Below are positions 26,429 to 35,365 of a stretch of 52,493 nt of DNA, one piece after another. Below the pieces are notes generated by a model. That model ran no database searches and was not told the origin of the DNA. It saw only the letters and a program-made list of their open reading frames with translations. The position numbers and the translations under genes are program-made. The stretch covers positions 1-52,493 of the IMG/VR virus record IMGVR_UViG_3300037470_000686; one strand, 5' to 3'. The number at the start of each line of letters is the position of its first letter. Within the stretch, counting starts at the first letter, position 1. Source of the stretch: a virus. Its lineage: Duplodnaviria > Caudoviricetes.

Positions 26429-27726
26429 CCGAGGTGGATCTCGGACGGGCCGTGCGGGCCCTGGCGAACGAGGTCACGAACCGGCAACGCCGGAGCCTCG
26501 GCGTCCGATACGGGACCGTCACCGCCACCTCGGCCGGACCACCTCCGACGATCACCGTCGACGGCCGGTCGATGCGCTTCATCGACACCGGGGCCGCCTC
26601 GCCGGGGATCGGCGACCGGGTCGTCCTGTTCGTCGACGGGCCCGCCCGTGTCGCCCTCGGCGGGCTCTCGCCGGGCCTGGTCGGGCCGACGTTCCTCGGG
26701 ATCATCGAAGCGAACGCCACGGCTTTGGCCTTCGGCTACCCGGAGACGTTCGGGTGGCAGCGCGACTTCGCGTACTCGGCGTTTCGCACTACGCCACTCG
26801 GGGACCCCGCCGCCGCCACCGCCGACAATGTCCTGCAAGTCCAATTCTTCACCTTCCCGCCTGACTCTTCGACGCCAGGGGTTCACATCGGGACATCTCC
26901 CGTGTCGACCTTCCTCTACACCGACAGTGCATTCCATTGGTACGCCGCCGCCATCGACGATCAACTAGACGACTCGCTCGTGGTCGCCCACGCCGACAGT
27001 TCTACCGGCGCAGATCCGGGCCCCGACGAAATCGAGTTCTGGCGCAACTCGGTCCTGATAAACACCGACGACCTCAATGACGCCGCCTACAACCAGGTCG
27101 CCACCTTGCACTATGACGGGGAAGCCACTCCTCCGTCTCTCCATTGGTCGCCGTTCGACCAGGTCTACTATCTCGCGGTATACGGACGACAGGGAACGAA
27201 CGCTCGAATCACCGTGCTGGACCCGATCACTCTCGCTCCGACGTCGACTGTGAACCTGCCAGGGACCACCCTCCATATCAACGGCATTCGGCCCGAGACA
27301 GTCGCTCTCGATCCGACCGGAGGACTCTGGATCTCTGTGTCCAGTGTCCTAGGCGACAAGGTCTTCCATATGTCCGCGGCTGGGACGGTCGTCGAGGCCA
27401 CAGTGCTCGCCTCCATCGGAGTCCAGGGGACCAGGTCCGGTGGGTTCGATTCGGTATCGGCGACCGGTGTCCTCTACGCCGCGGGCCTACGCAACACCTC
27501 GCCGTTCGATATCGTCAACTGGCGAGCCGAAGTCGACGGCGGCGGATCTTCGATCACCGTCACAACCGACCCCGAAGGGCTTCGCCAGGAGTCGGCGTTC
27601 ATCGACACGTCCCCTTTGACCGTTACGAGGACACACTGTCGCCCGGAACTCGACGGGTCGGCATGTCTCACGTGGTACCGCCGCAACAACGACACCTACA
27701 TTTTCAACGTGCCATCTCGGGACTGA
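26425..27726 (+). CDS. Tail spike/receptor-binding protein
   Basis: N-terminal OB-like module (VRYGTVTA...IGDRVVLF...ALG); beta-rich C-terminus with shifted codon usage; start at the ATGA overlap. Confidence 0.7.
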   Translation: MTEVDLGRAVRALANEVTNRQRRSLGVRYGTVTATSAGPPPTITVDGRSMRFIDTGAASPGIGDRVVLFVDGPARVALGGLSPGLVGPTFLGIIEANATALAFGYPETFGWQRDFAYSAFRTTPLGDPAAATADNVLQVQFFTFPPDSSTPGVHIGTSPVSTFLYTDSAFHWYAAAIDDQLDDSLVVAHADSSTGADPGPDEIEFWRNSVLINTDDLNDAAYNQVATLHYDGEATPPSLHWSPFDQVYYLAVYGRQGTNARITVLDPITLAPTSTVNLPGTTLHINGIRPETVALDPTGGLWISVSSVLGDKVFHMSAAGTVVEATVLASIGVQGTRSGGFDSVSATGVLYAAGLRNTSPFDIVNWRAEVDGGGSSITVTTDPEGLRQESAFIDTSPLTVTRTHCRPELDGSACLTWYRRNNDTYIFNVPSRD

Positions 27727-27809
27727 GCCCCGCCGCGTCGCACCGAAACCGGAGGCCGCCGCCGACGATGGCATCCCGAGCGCCCCTTCCCGCCTGACCG
27801 GAGCCACCG

Positions 27810-28259
27810 ATGACGGACACCGTCTACAACATCTCGAAGCTCGCCCTCGCGAACAACGATCTCGACCTCGACGGCACCGTCTCGGACATTCGAGGACTCC
27901 TCCTCCAGACGGTCGGGGCAGGGTACGACAACCCCGACCTCGACTCGGTCGCCGCCGTCCTCGCCGTCGGAGGCACCACGACCACGACCCCCGACGAACG
28001 GGTCGCCGCTTCGTCTCGCGTGACCGAGGTCGACGACACGAACGACCGGGCCAACGTCACCGCCCCGACGTCGCCCATGTTCGCCTTCGACGCCGTCGCC
28101 GGAGAGGACGCCGTCGGCGTCTTGATCTACCTCCACGTTGACGGCACCGACGCGAACGACGTGCCAATCGCCGTGCAGGACTTCGCCTCGGTTCCCCTCG
28201 ACGGTGGCCTCGACCTTGACCCGTCCGACGCCAACGCCGACTGGCTACGGATCGTCTGA
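27810..28259 (+). CDS. Virion structural protein (fibre subunit candidate)
   Basis: VYNISKLALANNDLDLDG...DDTNDRA...VPIAV family pattern; own CGCGTC promoter and GGAG RBS. Confidence 0.65.
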   Translation: MTDTVYNISKLALANNDLDLDGTVSDIRGLLLQTVGAGYDNPDLDSVAAVLAVGGTTTTTPDERVAASSRVTEVDDTNDRANVTAPTSPMFAFDAVAGEDAVGVLIYLHVDGTDANDVPIAVQDFASVPLDGGLDLDPSDANADWLRIV

Positions 28260-28264
28260 GTCCG

Positions 28265-29518
28265 ATGAGGCTGTTCGAGAACCTCCTCGGCGGAGAGATC
28301 GACGCTCTCCTCGACACGGCCGCGACGACGATGTCGTCACCGGAGCTTGCGGACATGCCCGTCGTCGCATCACCCGACACGATGCGTCTCGTCATCGACC
28401 CCGACGGGAGCGACCCCGAGATCGTGATCGTCACCGCTCACACCGCATCGGCCACGACCGCCACGATCACCCGTGAGGCCGAGGGTACCACCGACCAGAC
28501 CCACGCATCCGGCACCCGGTGGGATCACACATACACCGCCGGAGATACCGCCGAGGCCCACCGCACCGCCTCCGACGTCGTCGCCGATGCCGGGTCGACA
28601 GAGGACCTAGCCTTCGCCGTGGCCGCCTCAGGGAGAGTTCACGACGTCACTATGACCGAGGACTGTGCGGTCTCCTTCTCGGGGGCCGAGGACGGCCTCC
28701 CGTGCACGATGACCGTCATCCTTCGGGGAGACTTCGCGCCGACCTGGCCCGGCTCGGTCGAATGGCCCGGAGGTATCGAACCGGTCCACGCCGACCCGTC
28801 GGTGTACGAGTTCGTCACCCTCGACGGCGGGACCAACGTGGTCGGCTGGAAGGCGGCCGCCCTCAACCCTGGCTATGCCGTCGAGGTGTTCACGGCGTCC
28901 GGGTCCTTCGACATTGGCGATTACCCGTGGGCCCGCTCGGTCAAGGTCACCGCCGTCGGCGCGGGCGGCGGAGGCGGGGGCGCTCCGGCGACAGGCGCAG
29001 GCCAGGTGTCCGGCGGCGGCGGCGGCGGCGGCGGGTCGACGGCGATCGTCCGCCTGGCCGTTGCGGACCTTGCGTCGACTGAAACGGTCACGGTAGGTGA
29101 CTTCGGAGGCGGCGGATTCGGTGCGAACAACGGCACGGCGGGTGGAAGCTCGTCTTTTGGGACTCATGCGGTCGCTGGCGGCGGTGGTGGCGGAGGGTTC
29201 GTGCCAGCGACCACGCCCCCGATCGGTGGACCGGCACAGTCCGGTGGAGTCGCAACGGCCGGAGACATCTTGATAAAAGGTGGCGGGGCGGGAGCACCGG
29301 CGCTCCTGAACCATGCCGGGGGGATCAACGGAGCTAATGGCGGGTTCGGCGGGTCGTCGACACATGGTGGAGGCGCAAAGTCCGCCCGAGTAGCGACCGA
29401 GGAGGCCGGAGGTAACTATGGCGCAGGCGGTTCCGGTGCCGCCCGCACTGCTTCATCGACTGCCCTGACAGGTGGGACAGGGTCGAACGGCATCGTCATC
29501 GTAGAAATCTACGGCTAG
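28265..29518 (+). CDS. Minor tail/fibre protein with C-terminal glycine-rich domain
   Basis: PEIVIVTAH..ITREAEGT..HASGT; VFTASGSF..VKVTAVGAGGGGG...GSNGIVIVEIY. Confidence 0.8.
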   Translation: MRLFENLLGGEIDALLDTAATTMSSPELADMPVVASPDTMRLVIDPDGSDPEIVIVTAHTASATTATITREAEGTTDQTHASGTRWDHTYTAGDTAEAHRTASDVVADAGSTEDLAFAVAASGRVHDVTMTEDCAVSFSGAEDGLPCTMTVILRGDFAPTWPGSVEWPGGIEPVHADPSVYEFVTLDGGTNVVGWKAAALNPGYAVEVFTASGSFDIGDYPWARSVKVTAVGAGGGGGGAPATGAGQVSGGGGGGGGSTAIVRLAVADLASTETVTVGDFGGGGFGANNGTAGGSSSFGTHAVAGGGGGGGFVPATTPPIGGPAQSGGVATAGDILIKGGGAGAPALLNHAGGINGANGGFGGSSTHGGGAKSARVATEEAGGNYGAGGSGAARTASSTALTGGTGSNGIVIVEIYG

Positions 29519-29521
29519 ACG

Positions 29522-30241
29522 ATGACCGCCGCGATCGGTGGCCGACGAATCGGATCGTTCCCCATAGCAGGCACACGATCCACGCGCCCGGTCCGCCTCC
29601 TCGACCCCCTCGTCATCACCGTCACGACGGTCTCCCTCGATGTTGCCATCGGCAGGGTCACCCGCTCCCTCGACCCGCTCGTCGTCACCGTCTCGCCTCA
29701 ACCAATCATCGCCTCACCAGGCCGAGCGACTCGCACTCTCGACCCGCTCGTCGTCACGGTCACACCTCTCGGGCTTACTGTCACCGTCGGACCCGCCGCC
29801 CGCACCCTCGACCCCCTTGTCGTAGCGGTCACTCCTCGACCACTCGTCGCCACGCCGGGGCGGATCGTTCGGCTCCTCGACCCGGTCACGGTCGCCGTCT
29901 CACCTCGCCCTCTCGTCGCCTCGCCCCGTCCTCCGGTCCGCCTCCTCGACCCTCTCGTCGTCACCGTCACGCCGGTCTCCCTCGCCACCACGATCGGCCG
30001 AGCGACCCGGACCCTCGACCCGCTCATCCTCACCGTTTCGCCTCAACCGATCACGATCACCGGAGTCGTCCAGGTCGACGTCAGAGTCTCGACCGGGAAG
30101 CTCTACACGACCACTTTCGTCGGCGCGCTCAACCGAACGGCCGAGGTGGACCCGATCGAAGACGCCGAGGTGGGGCCGTTCCACCGAACGATCGAGGTCG
30201 ACTCGCTCGAAGGAGCCGGGGTAGGATCTCTCCTGTCATGA
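29522..30241 (+). CDS. Repeat protein (7 x 23 aa), probable virion fibre component
   Basis: Seven tandem RxLDPLVVTVxP units. Confidence 0.7.
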   Translation: MTAAIGGRRIGSFPIAGTRSTRPVRLLDPLVITVTTVSLDVAIGRVTRSLDPLVVTVSPQPIIASPGRATRTLDPLVVTVTPLGLTVTVGPAARTLDPLVVAVTPRPLVATPGRIVRLLDPVTVAVSPRPLVASPRPPVRLLDPLVVTVTPVSLATTIGRATRTLDPLILTVSPQPITITGVVQVDVRVSTGKLYTTTFVGALNRTAEVDPIEDAEVGPFHRTIEVDSLEGAGVGSLLS

Positions 30242-30546
30242 CGATCACCCTCGAACCTCCGAGCGTCGAAGCCTTCCGCACTGCTGTCGAGGCATCGGCC
30301 GACCCGACCGCCACGGCCCCCGGTTGGGCGATCGTCGCGTGTGGCGTCGAGCCCTCGGCCTTCACGCCGGGCTCGTGGGCGGGCGTCTACGCCAACGGGT
30401 CCGCCGTCGCCGTCACGCCGACCGTCGGCTTCACCGGCTCTGGGGCAGGGATCGAACTGGCGGCGGGCGACTGGCAGTCATGGGTGAGGATCACGGTCGG
30501 CGGTGAGGTGATCGTCCGGCGGTGCGACCTCATCACCGTCAAGTAG
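30238..30546 (+). CDS. Small Ig-like virion protein
   Basis: AGDWQSWVRITVGGEVIVR; ATGA overlap. Confidence 0.65.
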   Translation: MTITLEPPSVEAFRTAVEASADPTATAPGWAIVACGVEPSAFTPGSWAGVYANGSAVAVTPTVGFTGSGAGIELAAGDWQSWVRITVGGEVIVRRCDLITVK

Positions 30547-30746
30547 AGGTTGACCCTCAACTACACGTCGAGGGTTGAAGTCAACTACGGACCGCTCTAC
30601 AGTGGGAGTCATGAGCACCCACCCAGACCCACACGAAGCGGCCGCCCTCACCGAGGAGTACCACCGGGAGAAGACCGAGAACCGCCGGACCGACGGACGT
30701 AGCGCAGAGTAGTTGACAATCAACTACGGGTTGCTACAATGAGGTC
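30546..30746 (+). promoter_or_regulatory. Three operator-like sites and two leaderless promoters
   Basis: GAGGTTGA-ccc-TCAACTAC 30546-30564; GGTTGA-ag-TCAACTAC to 30588 with TACAGT; GTAGTTGA-caa-TCAACTAC 30709-30727 with TACAAT-N6-ATG 30747. Confidence 0.8.
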
Positions 30747-31661
30747 ATGAGCGCTTCACCCTCCACCCTTCTCCCCGCCGGGCTCTCCGTCTGGATCGAG
30801 TCGGGGCTCGTCATGCACGCCGCCGCCGACTGCGCCGAGATCGCCGGGCCCGTCGAGGTCGGGACCTACCCGGACCGGACCGGGTTCGTGTGCCCCTGCG
30901 TCGACGACGTCACCGAGGTCTCCTTCCTCGGCTCGCCGGTCGACGCCCGGATCGAGAAGGCCGCCGAGTACGGCGGAGGTGGCCGGGCCCGCAAGTCGAA
31001 GACCCCGGCCCCCTCGATCCCGAAGACCGAGGCCGCCACCCTCGACGACGTCGCCGCCCTCGTCGAGAGCCTCGGCCGCAAGTTCGAGGTCGAGGACATG
31101 ACAACCGGGCTGATCGAGTTCGCCGGGACATGGCTCGCCGACTACTCCGGGACGTTCGAGTTCCTCCTCGACGTCCGGTCAAAGGTCGGCAAGCGGGACC
31201 TCTCACCCGGCCAGGCGAAGGGTGTCCTCAACTGCGTGAGGGCCGACCTCCTCCGCAACCCTCGCAAGACCGAGGCGGCACTCGCCGACAACCTCGACCC
31301 GGTCGAGGGTCTCGACCTGACCGGACTCCCGTCGGGCCGCTACGCCGTGCCCGGCTCCGATGGCCGGTTGAAGGTCCGGGTCGACGCCGTCGACAAGGGC
31401 AAGTGGGCCGGGTGGATCTTCGTCAAGGACGCCGCCGAGTACGGGGCGGGCCAGCGGTACGGATCTCAGAAGCCGGGTGCTCCTGCATACGTCGGCAAGA
31501 TCACCTCCGAGCTTGCAGCGATCGTCGCCGACCCGCCCGCCGCCATGGCCGCCTACGGGCACCTCGTCGGCAAGTGCGGTGCGTGCGGTCGGACCCTCGA
31601 AGATGAGCAGTCGATCGAGCGGGGCATCGGTCCTGTGTGTGCAGCGAAGATGGAGTGGTGA
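30747..31661 (+). CDS. DUF6011-domain protein
   Basis: LSPGQAKGVLN; LPSGRYAV; C-terminal GKCGACGRTLEDEQSIERGIGPVCA. Confidence 0.75.
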   Translation: MSASPSTLLPAGLSVWIESGLVMHAAADCAEIAGPVEVGTYPDRTGFVCPCVDDVTEVSFLGSPVDARIEKAAEYGGGGRARKSKTPAPSIPKTEAATLDDVAALVESLGRKFEVEDMTTGLIEFAGTWLADYSGTFEFLLDVRSKVGKRDLSPGQAKGVLNCVRADLLRNPRKTEAALADNLDPVEGLDLTGLPSGRYAVPGSDGRLKVRVDAVDKGKWAGWIFVKDAAEYGAGQRYGSQKPGAPAYVGKITSELAAIVADPPAAMAAYGHLVGKCGACGRTLEDEQSIERGIGPVCAAKMEW

Positions 31662-31725
31662 GCGCCGCGTCACTCCTCGTGGCCTCGGCCGGGCCGATCA
31701 TCGGGCACGTCGACAGGAGGCCCTC

Positions 31726-31908
31726 ATGGACAAGTTCAACGAAGCCAAGAAGACGGTAGCCGCGGTGGTGACCGGGCTGATCGGTTGGGGGACGGTGGTC
31801 GTCGCATCCGACTCGGTCCCCGTCACGGGGAGCGAGTGGCTCATGCTCGGAACCGCGGTAGCGACGGCCCTCGGGGTCTACGTCGTGCCGAACAAGCCCA
31901 CCGTCTGA
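31726..31908 (+). CDS. Holin
   Basis: KKTVAAVV...VTGSEW...ALGVYVVPN, two TM helices; AGGAGG RBS; adjacent to the endolysin. Confidence 0.8.
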   Translation: MDKFNEAKKTVAAVVTGLIGWGTVVVASDSVPVTGSEWLMLGTAVATALGVYVVPNKPTV

Positions 31909-31909
31909 G

Positions 31910-32659
31910 ATGGCGTACCCGCTCCGGAAGATCACCTATCCGGCAGCGGTGGCGGCCGCGCCGAATGGGCTTCTCCCGCCGGACCTGTTGTCGTCGACAC
32001 CGGGGAGGGCGGGCGGGAAGACCGTCACCCTCGCGGTTCCGGCCGCCCGCTCCTGGCGGGCCATGGAGTCGGCCGCGGCCGCCGACGGCATCGACCTGTT
32101 GGTCAGTGCCGAGACGAACTCGTACCGGCCGTATCCGACGCAAGAGTCGATCTGGCGACAGAGGTACAAGCGGATCTTCAATCCGTTGCGGCCACGGTCC
32201 TACAGATGGAACGGCCAGACATGGTGGCACTGGTTCAAGGCGACCGCCGCTCGACCCGGAACGTCGAACCACGGCAAGGGCGTGGGCGTCGATCTCGTGC
32301 TTCGTCCTGGCGTCTTCGACTGGATGCTCGCCAACGGGGAGCGGTTCGGTTGGGGCATGGAACTCGTCGAGGAGGAGTGGCACTGGATCTTCTTCGTCGG
32401 CGACGCCATCCCGGCCGCGGTGCTGGCATACGAACGAGGGCTGAGCATTCCCGCTCTGCCCCGAGGAAACGAAGAGGAGACCGACATGGTCATCGCGAAC
32501 AACTTCAACGACTGGCGTCTACTGATCCCCGACACCGGCACAGTCATCGCCACGGGTTCACCCGGTGCCGGTCGTATCCCGGACGCCACCGTCGACCGGG
32601 CATCGTGGGACAAGCTCGTCGCCTACTTCGAGAAGGCGAACCGGCTCATTCGGGCCTGA
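31910..32659 (+). CDS. Endolysin, M15/VanY-like Zn peptidase
   Basis: SYRPYPTQ, AARPGTSNHGKGVGVD, EEWHW. Confidence 0.88.
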   Translation: MAYPLRKITYPAAVAAAPNGLLPPDLLSSTPGRAGGKTVTLAVPAARSWRAMESAAAADGIDLLVSAETNSYRPYPTQESIWRQRYKRIFNPLRPRSYRWNGQTWWHWFKATAARPGTSNHGKGVGVDLVLRPGVFDWMLANGERFGWGMELVEEEWHWIFFVGDAIPAAVLAYERGLSIPALPRGNEEETDMVIANNFNDWRLLIPDTGTVIATGSPGAGRIPDATVDRASWDKLVAYFEKANRLIRA

Positions 32660-32698
32660 GCCCAGGTTGACTGACAGCATCGCGACTCGGGGCACCCC

Positions 32699-33061
32699 GT
32701 GATCTCTTCTATGACCAAGATTGCCGCGGTCACGATCGGGACCATCCTCCTGTCCGCTGGCGGATGGACGGTCTCGCTCATCGGCCAGATCACGAACGAC
32801 CCGACCTCGGCCACCTACATTCCGGCGGCCGCCCTCACGGCCACGTCCGGCGCTCTCGTGTGGGTCGTGAAGCAGGGAATGGAGTTGGCCCGACTCATCG
32901 CCGAGGGACGCTTCGTACACCGCGACCCCGCCATGGCGAACGAGGATCTCCGCCACGCCCTCGCCGCCTCGACCGCCGCCCTCCTCGCCTCGGCCGAACG
33001 GGAGCGGATGATCTGGGATTGGGTCTCCCGCGGTGGACCTCGTCCACCCCGCATGGACTGA
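32699..33061 (+). CDS. Membrane protein of the lysis cassette
   Basis: Two hydrophobic segments followed by a helical tail. Confidence 0.6.
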   Translation: MISSMTKIAAVTIGTILLSAGGWTVSLIGQITNDPTSATYIPAAALTATSGALVWVVKQGMELARLIAEGRFVHRDPAMANEDLRHALAASTAALLASAERERMIWDWVSRGGPRPPRMD

Positions 33062-33067
33062 CCCCGT

Positions 33068-33100
33068 GTAGTTGACGACGTGCGGCCGTGTAGGTAGCGT
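33068..33100 (+). promoter_or_regulatory. Promoter of the replication/recombination arm with operator half-site
   Basis: GTAGTTGACG-N17-TAGCGT. Confidence 0.7.
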
Positions 33101-33134
33101 GGAACCTCAGGCCCTCTACCGAAAGCACCCACCC

Positions 33135-34070
33135 ATGGCTCGGGACCTCTCGAACCTGCCCACCTCCGACTATGTCGAGGAGGCGTCCGACGGATGGAAC
33201 GCCGATCCTGAGCCCCGGTTCCTCGGGGCGGTGATCGAGGGTCTCGACTTCCGGGACACGATCAACCCGCCGGTCCGAGGTGGAGTCCTCAACGTCGACG
33301 ACATCGGCAAGTGTTCGCGTGCCATTGGCTACAAGCTCGCCGGAGTCATGCCGTCGGATGCAATCGACGACGCCGCCATCTACGACATGGCCGTCAAGAA
33401 ACAGACCGCCGACATAGTCCGCGACCAGATCACCCGCGGGCTCGACGAGGTCTACTCGAACCAACACGTCGAGATCGTGCCGGGTCTCCTGCACGGCTTC
33501 ACCGACCTCGTCGCCGGTCGCCGCCTGGACGACACGACGGTGATCGAGGTCAACGTCGAGTCGGGCTACGGATGGAAGGGGATGGTCGGCGGGTGGCAAC
33601 GCAACGAACCGGGCCGGGGCCCGAAGTGGTCCGACGTGGTCCGAGGGTCGGTCATCGCTCAGGCCATCACTGCCTCGTCGCTCGTCATGCTCTACGTGTC
33701 CGACGGACTCATCTCGAAGGATCAACAGGCGAAGACCGGAGTCTCGGACTTCGAGCGATGGGGAGGCGAGTGGACCATCGGCCCGGAACGGTTCGAGCCG
33801 ATGGCCGCCGCGGCAGTCGAGCGGATCGAGAAGATCGGCGCACTCTTCTACGACGACGAGGTCCTACCTCGCCGGAGCTTCGCGAACCCTGACGTCCCCA
33901 ACGCCGCCGAGGTGGTCGACCCCGAGTCCGGGACGTGGGAGATCGTGTCCGACGGACAGGTCGTAGCGACGGGTTCGTGGTGGGAATGTGGCTACTGCCG
34001 GTTCCGTACCTTCTGCGCGACGACGCCGTCGGGTCGCCTGCCGGTGTCCGAGGTTGACGTCGACCTGTGA
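33135..34070 (+). CDS. Cas4-like PD-(D/E)XK family protein with degenerate active site
   Basis: IGKCSRAIGY and CGYCRFRTFC (split 4-Cys cluster); HGFTD...VIEVN where ExK is expected. Confidence 0.7.
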   Translation: MARDLSNLPTSDYVEEASDGWNADPEPRFLGAVIEGLDFRDTINPPVRGGVLNVDDIGKCSRAIGYKLAGVMPSDAIDDAAIYDMAVKKQTADIVRDQITRGLDEVYSNQHVEIVPGLLHGFTDLVAGRRLDDTTVIEVNVESGYGWKGMVGGWQRNEPGRGPKWSDVVRGSVIAQAITASSLVMLYVSDGLISKDQQAKTGVSDFERWGGEWTIGPERFEPMAAAAVERIEKIGALFYDDEVLPRRSFANPDVPNAAEVVDPESGTWEIVSDGQVVATGSWWECGYCRFRTFCATTPSGRLPVSEVDVDL

Positions 34071-34363
34071 CCGAGGTCGACGTCGCTCGTCTGCGCTACG
34101 CCCGCATCCAGGAGCGCCGCCGCCGGTTCGATCAACAGGCCGACGTCGTCGACAGGCCCCGACGCCCCGCCGCTCCGAGAGCACCCGACGTCGCCCCGGC
34201 TCCTCCGATGCCGTGGGACCTGTGGGCCCGTGGCGGCAACGTGCTCGCGCTCACCGACGGGTTCCTCACCGCCGCCGACGAGGAGTGGGAGGCAACCCAC
34301 TACCTGAACCCGGCCTACGGCAACCCGAGCCAACAGATCCCGAAGTGGATACCTCGCCGCTAA
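34067..34363 (+). CDS. Hypothetical protein
   Basis: GTGA overlap. Confidence 0.55.
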   Translation: MTEVDVARLRYARIQERRRRFDQQADVVDRPRRPAAPRAPDVAPAPPMPWDLWARGGNVLALTDGFLTAADEEWEATHYLNPAYGNPSQQIPKWIPRR

Positions 34364-34412
34364 TCAACTACAGTTACACCCACACCTACACCGAGAGAAA
34401 GAAGCACCCACC

Positions 34413-34736
34413 ATGGCCGCAAAGCAATTCGTCGAGACGACCGTCCACGTGTCGATCCCCTTCGACGAGTGGGACCAGGCGCTCGACGCCGCAACGGAGT
34501 GCCTGGAGTCTCTCCCGGTCGCCGTCGCTCAACTACGGAAGCACTCCGGCCAAAGCCGGGTTGCGTTCATCGACGCTCTCCCCGGCATCTTGACCGAGTC
34601 CCGTCTCGCCGTGATCGAGAATGCCCCGGTCGAGTGCAAGCTCACCGTCGCCGAGGCGCGCATCCTTCTCGAACTGTTGCGCCGGTCCTACGTCCCGACA
34701 CTCGAAGACACCGCCGACGAGGAGGAGGGATTCTGA
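34413..34736 (+). CDS. Hypothetical protein
   Basis: GAAAGAAGCACCCACC leader. Confidence 0.7.
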   Translation: MAAKQFVETTVHVSIPFDEWDQALDAATECLESLPVAVAQLRKHSGQSRVAFIDALPGILTESRLAVIENAPVECKLTVAEARILLELLRRSYVPTLEDTADEEEGF

Positions 34737-34737
34737 G

Positions 34738-34995
34738 ATGTCACTGACCAATGAGATCGCGCTCGCCTTGCGCGAGGGTGGGGACGATGACGCCGCCGCC
34801 AACATCTCCTCGGCGTGCTCGGATGCCACCGTCGAAGTTGGTCTCGAACCGGTGGACGCCCTGTCGTTCATCGAGTCGACTGTCTCCTACCTCGACGCCG
34901 TCGCCGACGCTCTGCGCGACGACATCGCCAGTGCCGCCGAGGCCGAGCAAGAGGACCGACTCGAAGAGGCCCGACTCGGAGATCCCGACCAGTGA
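34738..34995 (+). CDS. Hypothetical acidic protein
   Basis: GGAGG RBS; MSLTNEIALAL... Confidence 0.6.
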   Translation: MSLTNEIALALREGGDDDAAANISSACSDATVEVGLEPVDALSFIESTVSYLDAVADALRDDIASAAEAEQEDRLEEARLGDPDQ

Positions 34996-35279
34996 GGATC
35001 AACGTCTACGCCGAGGAACTCACCGACGAGGTGACCGTCGTCGAGAAGGAAGCCGACACCGGCCGAACCTTCTACGGCGTGCGGGTCTTCCTCCGCTCGC
35101 CGGAGGAACTGCACCACTCACCCGAGGACGACGACCGGTCGGCGATCACCTTCTGGGTCCCGTGGACGAGGTCCGGCGGCTACGACGTCGGCTCGATCCG
35201 GGCCGCCCTCGGCGAGATGATCGACGGGATCGACTCGATCGAGAACACCCTGGAGGGGGCGGGCGAACCCGTCACGTAA
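34992..35279 (+). CDS. Hypothetical phage protein
   Basis: VRINVYAEELT...FYGVRVFL.SP..LH...DDDRSAITFW. Confidence 0.65.
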   Translation: MRINVYAEELTDEVTVVEKEADTGRTFYGVRVFLRSPEELHHSPEDDDRSAITFWVPWTRSGGYDVGSIRAALGEMIDGIDSIENTLEGAGEPVT

Positions 35280-35285
35280 GAGATC

Positions 35286-35322
35286 GACCGGGGCCGTTCG
35301 GTCCCACTTAACGGCCCCGGTC
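35286..35322 (+). terminator. 13-bp hairpin overlapping a GTCAACTAC half-site
   Basis: gaccggggccgtt / aacggccccggtc. Confidence 0.6.
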
Positions 35323-35365
35323 AACTACACTGCATTACCGAGCGACCACTCAGGAGCACCCACCC

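Noticed and set aside
29011-29034. GGC microsatellite as a phase-variation tract
   Set aside because: An in-frame triplet run encoding the poly-Gly of an ordinary glycine-rich domain
26425-29518. Diversity-generating retroelement acting on tail fibres
   Set aside because: No reverse transcriptase and no template/variable repeat pair differing at adenines was found
33135-34070. CRISPR-Cas locus suggested by the Cas4-like gene
   Set aside because: No repeat-spacer array or other cas genes seen; the palindromic repeats are dispersed promoters, not an array
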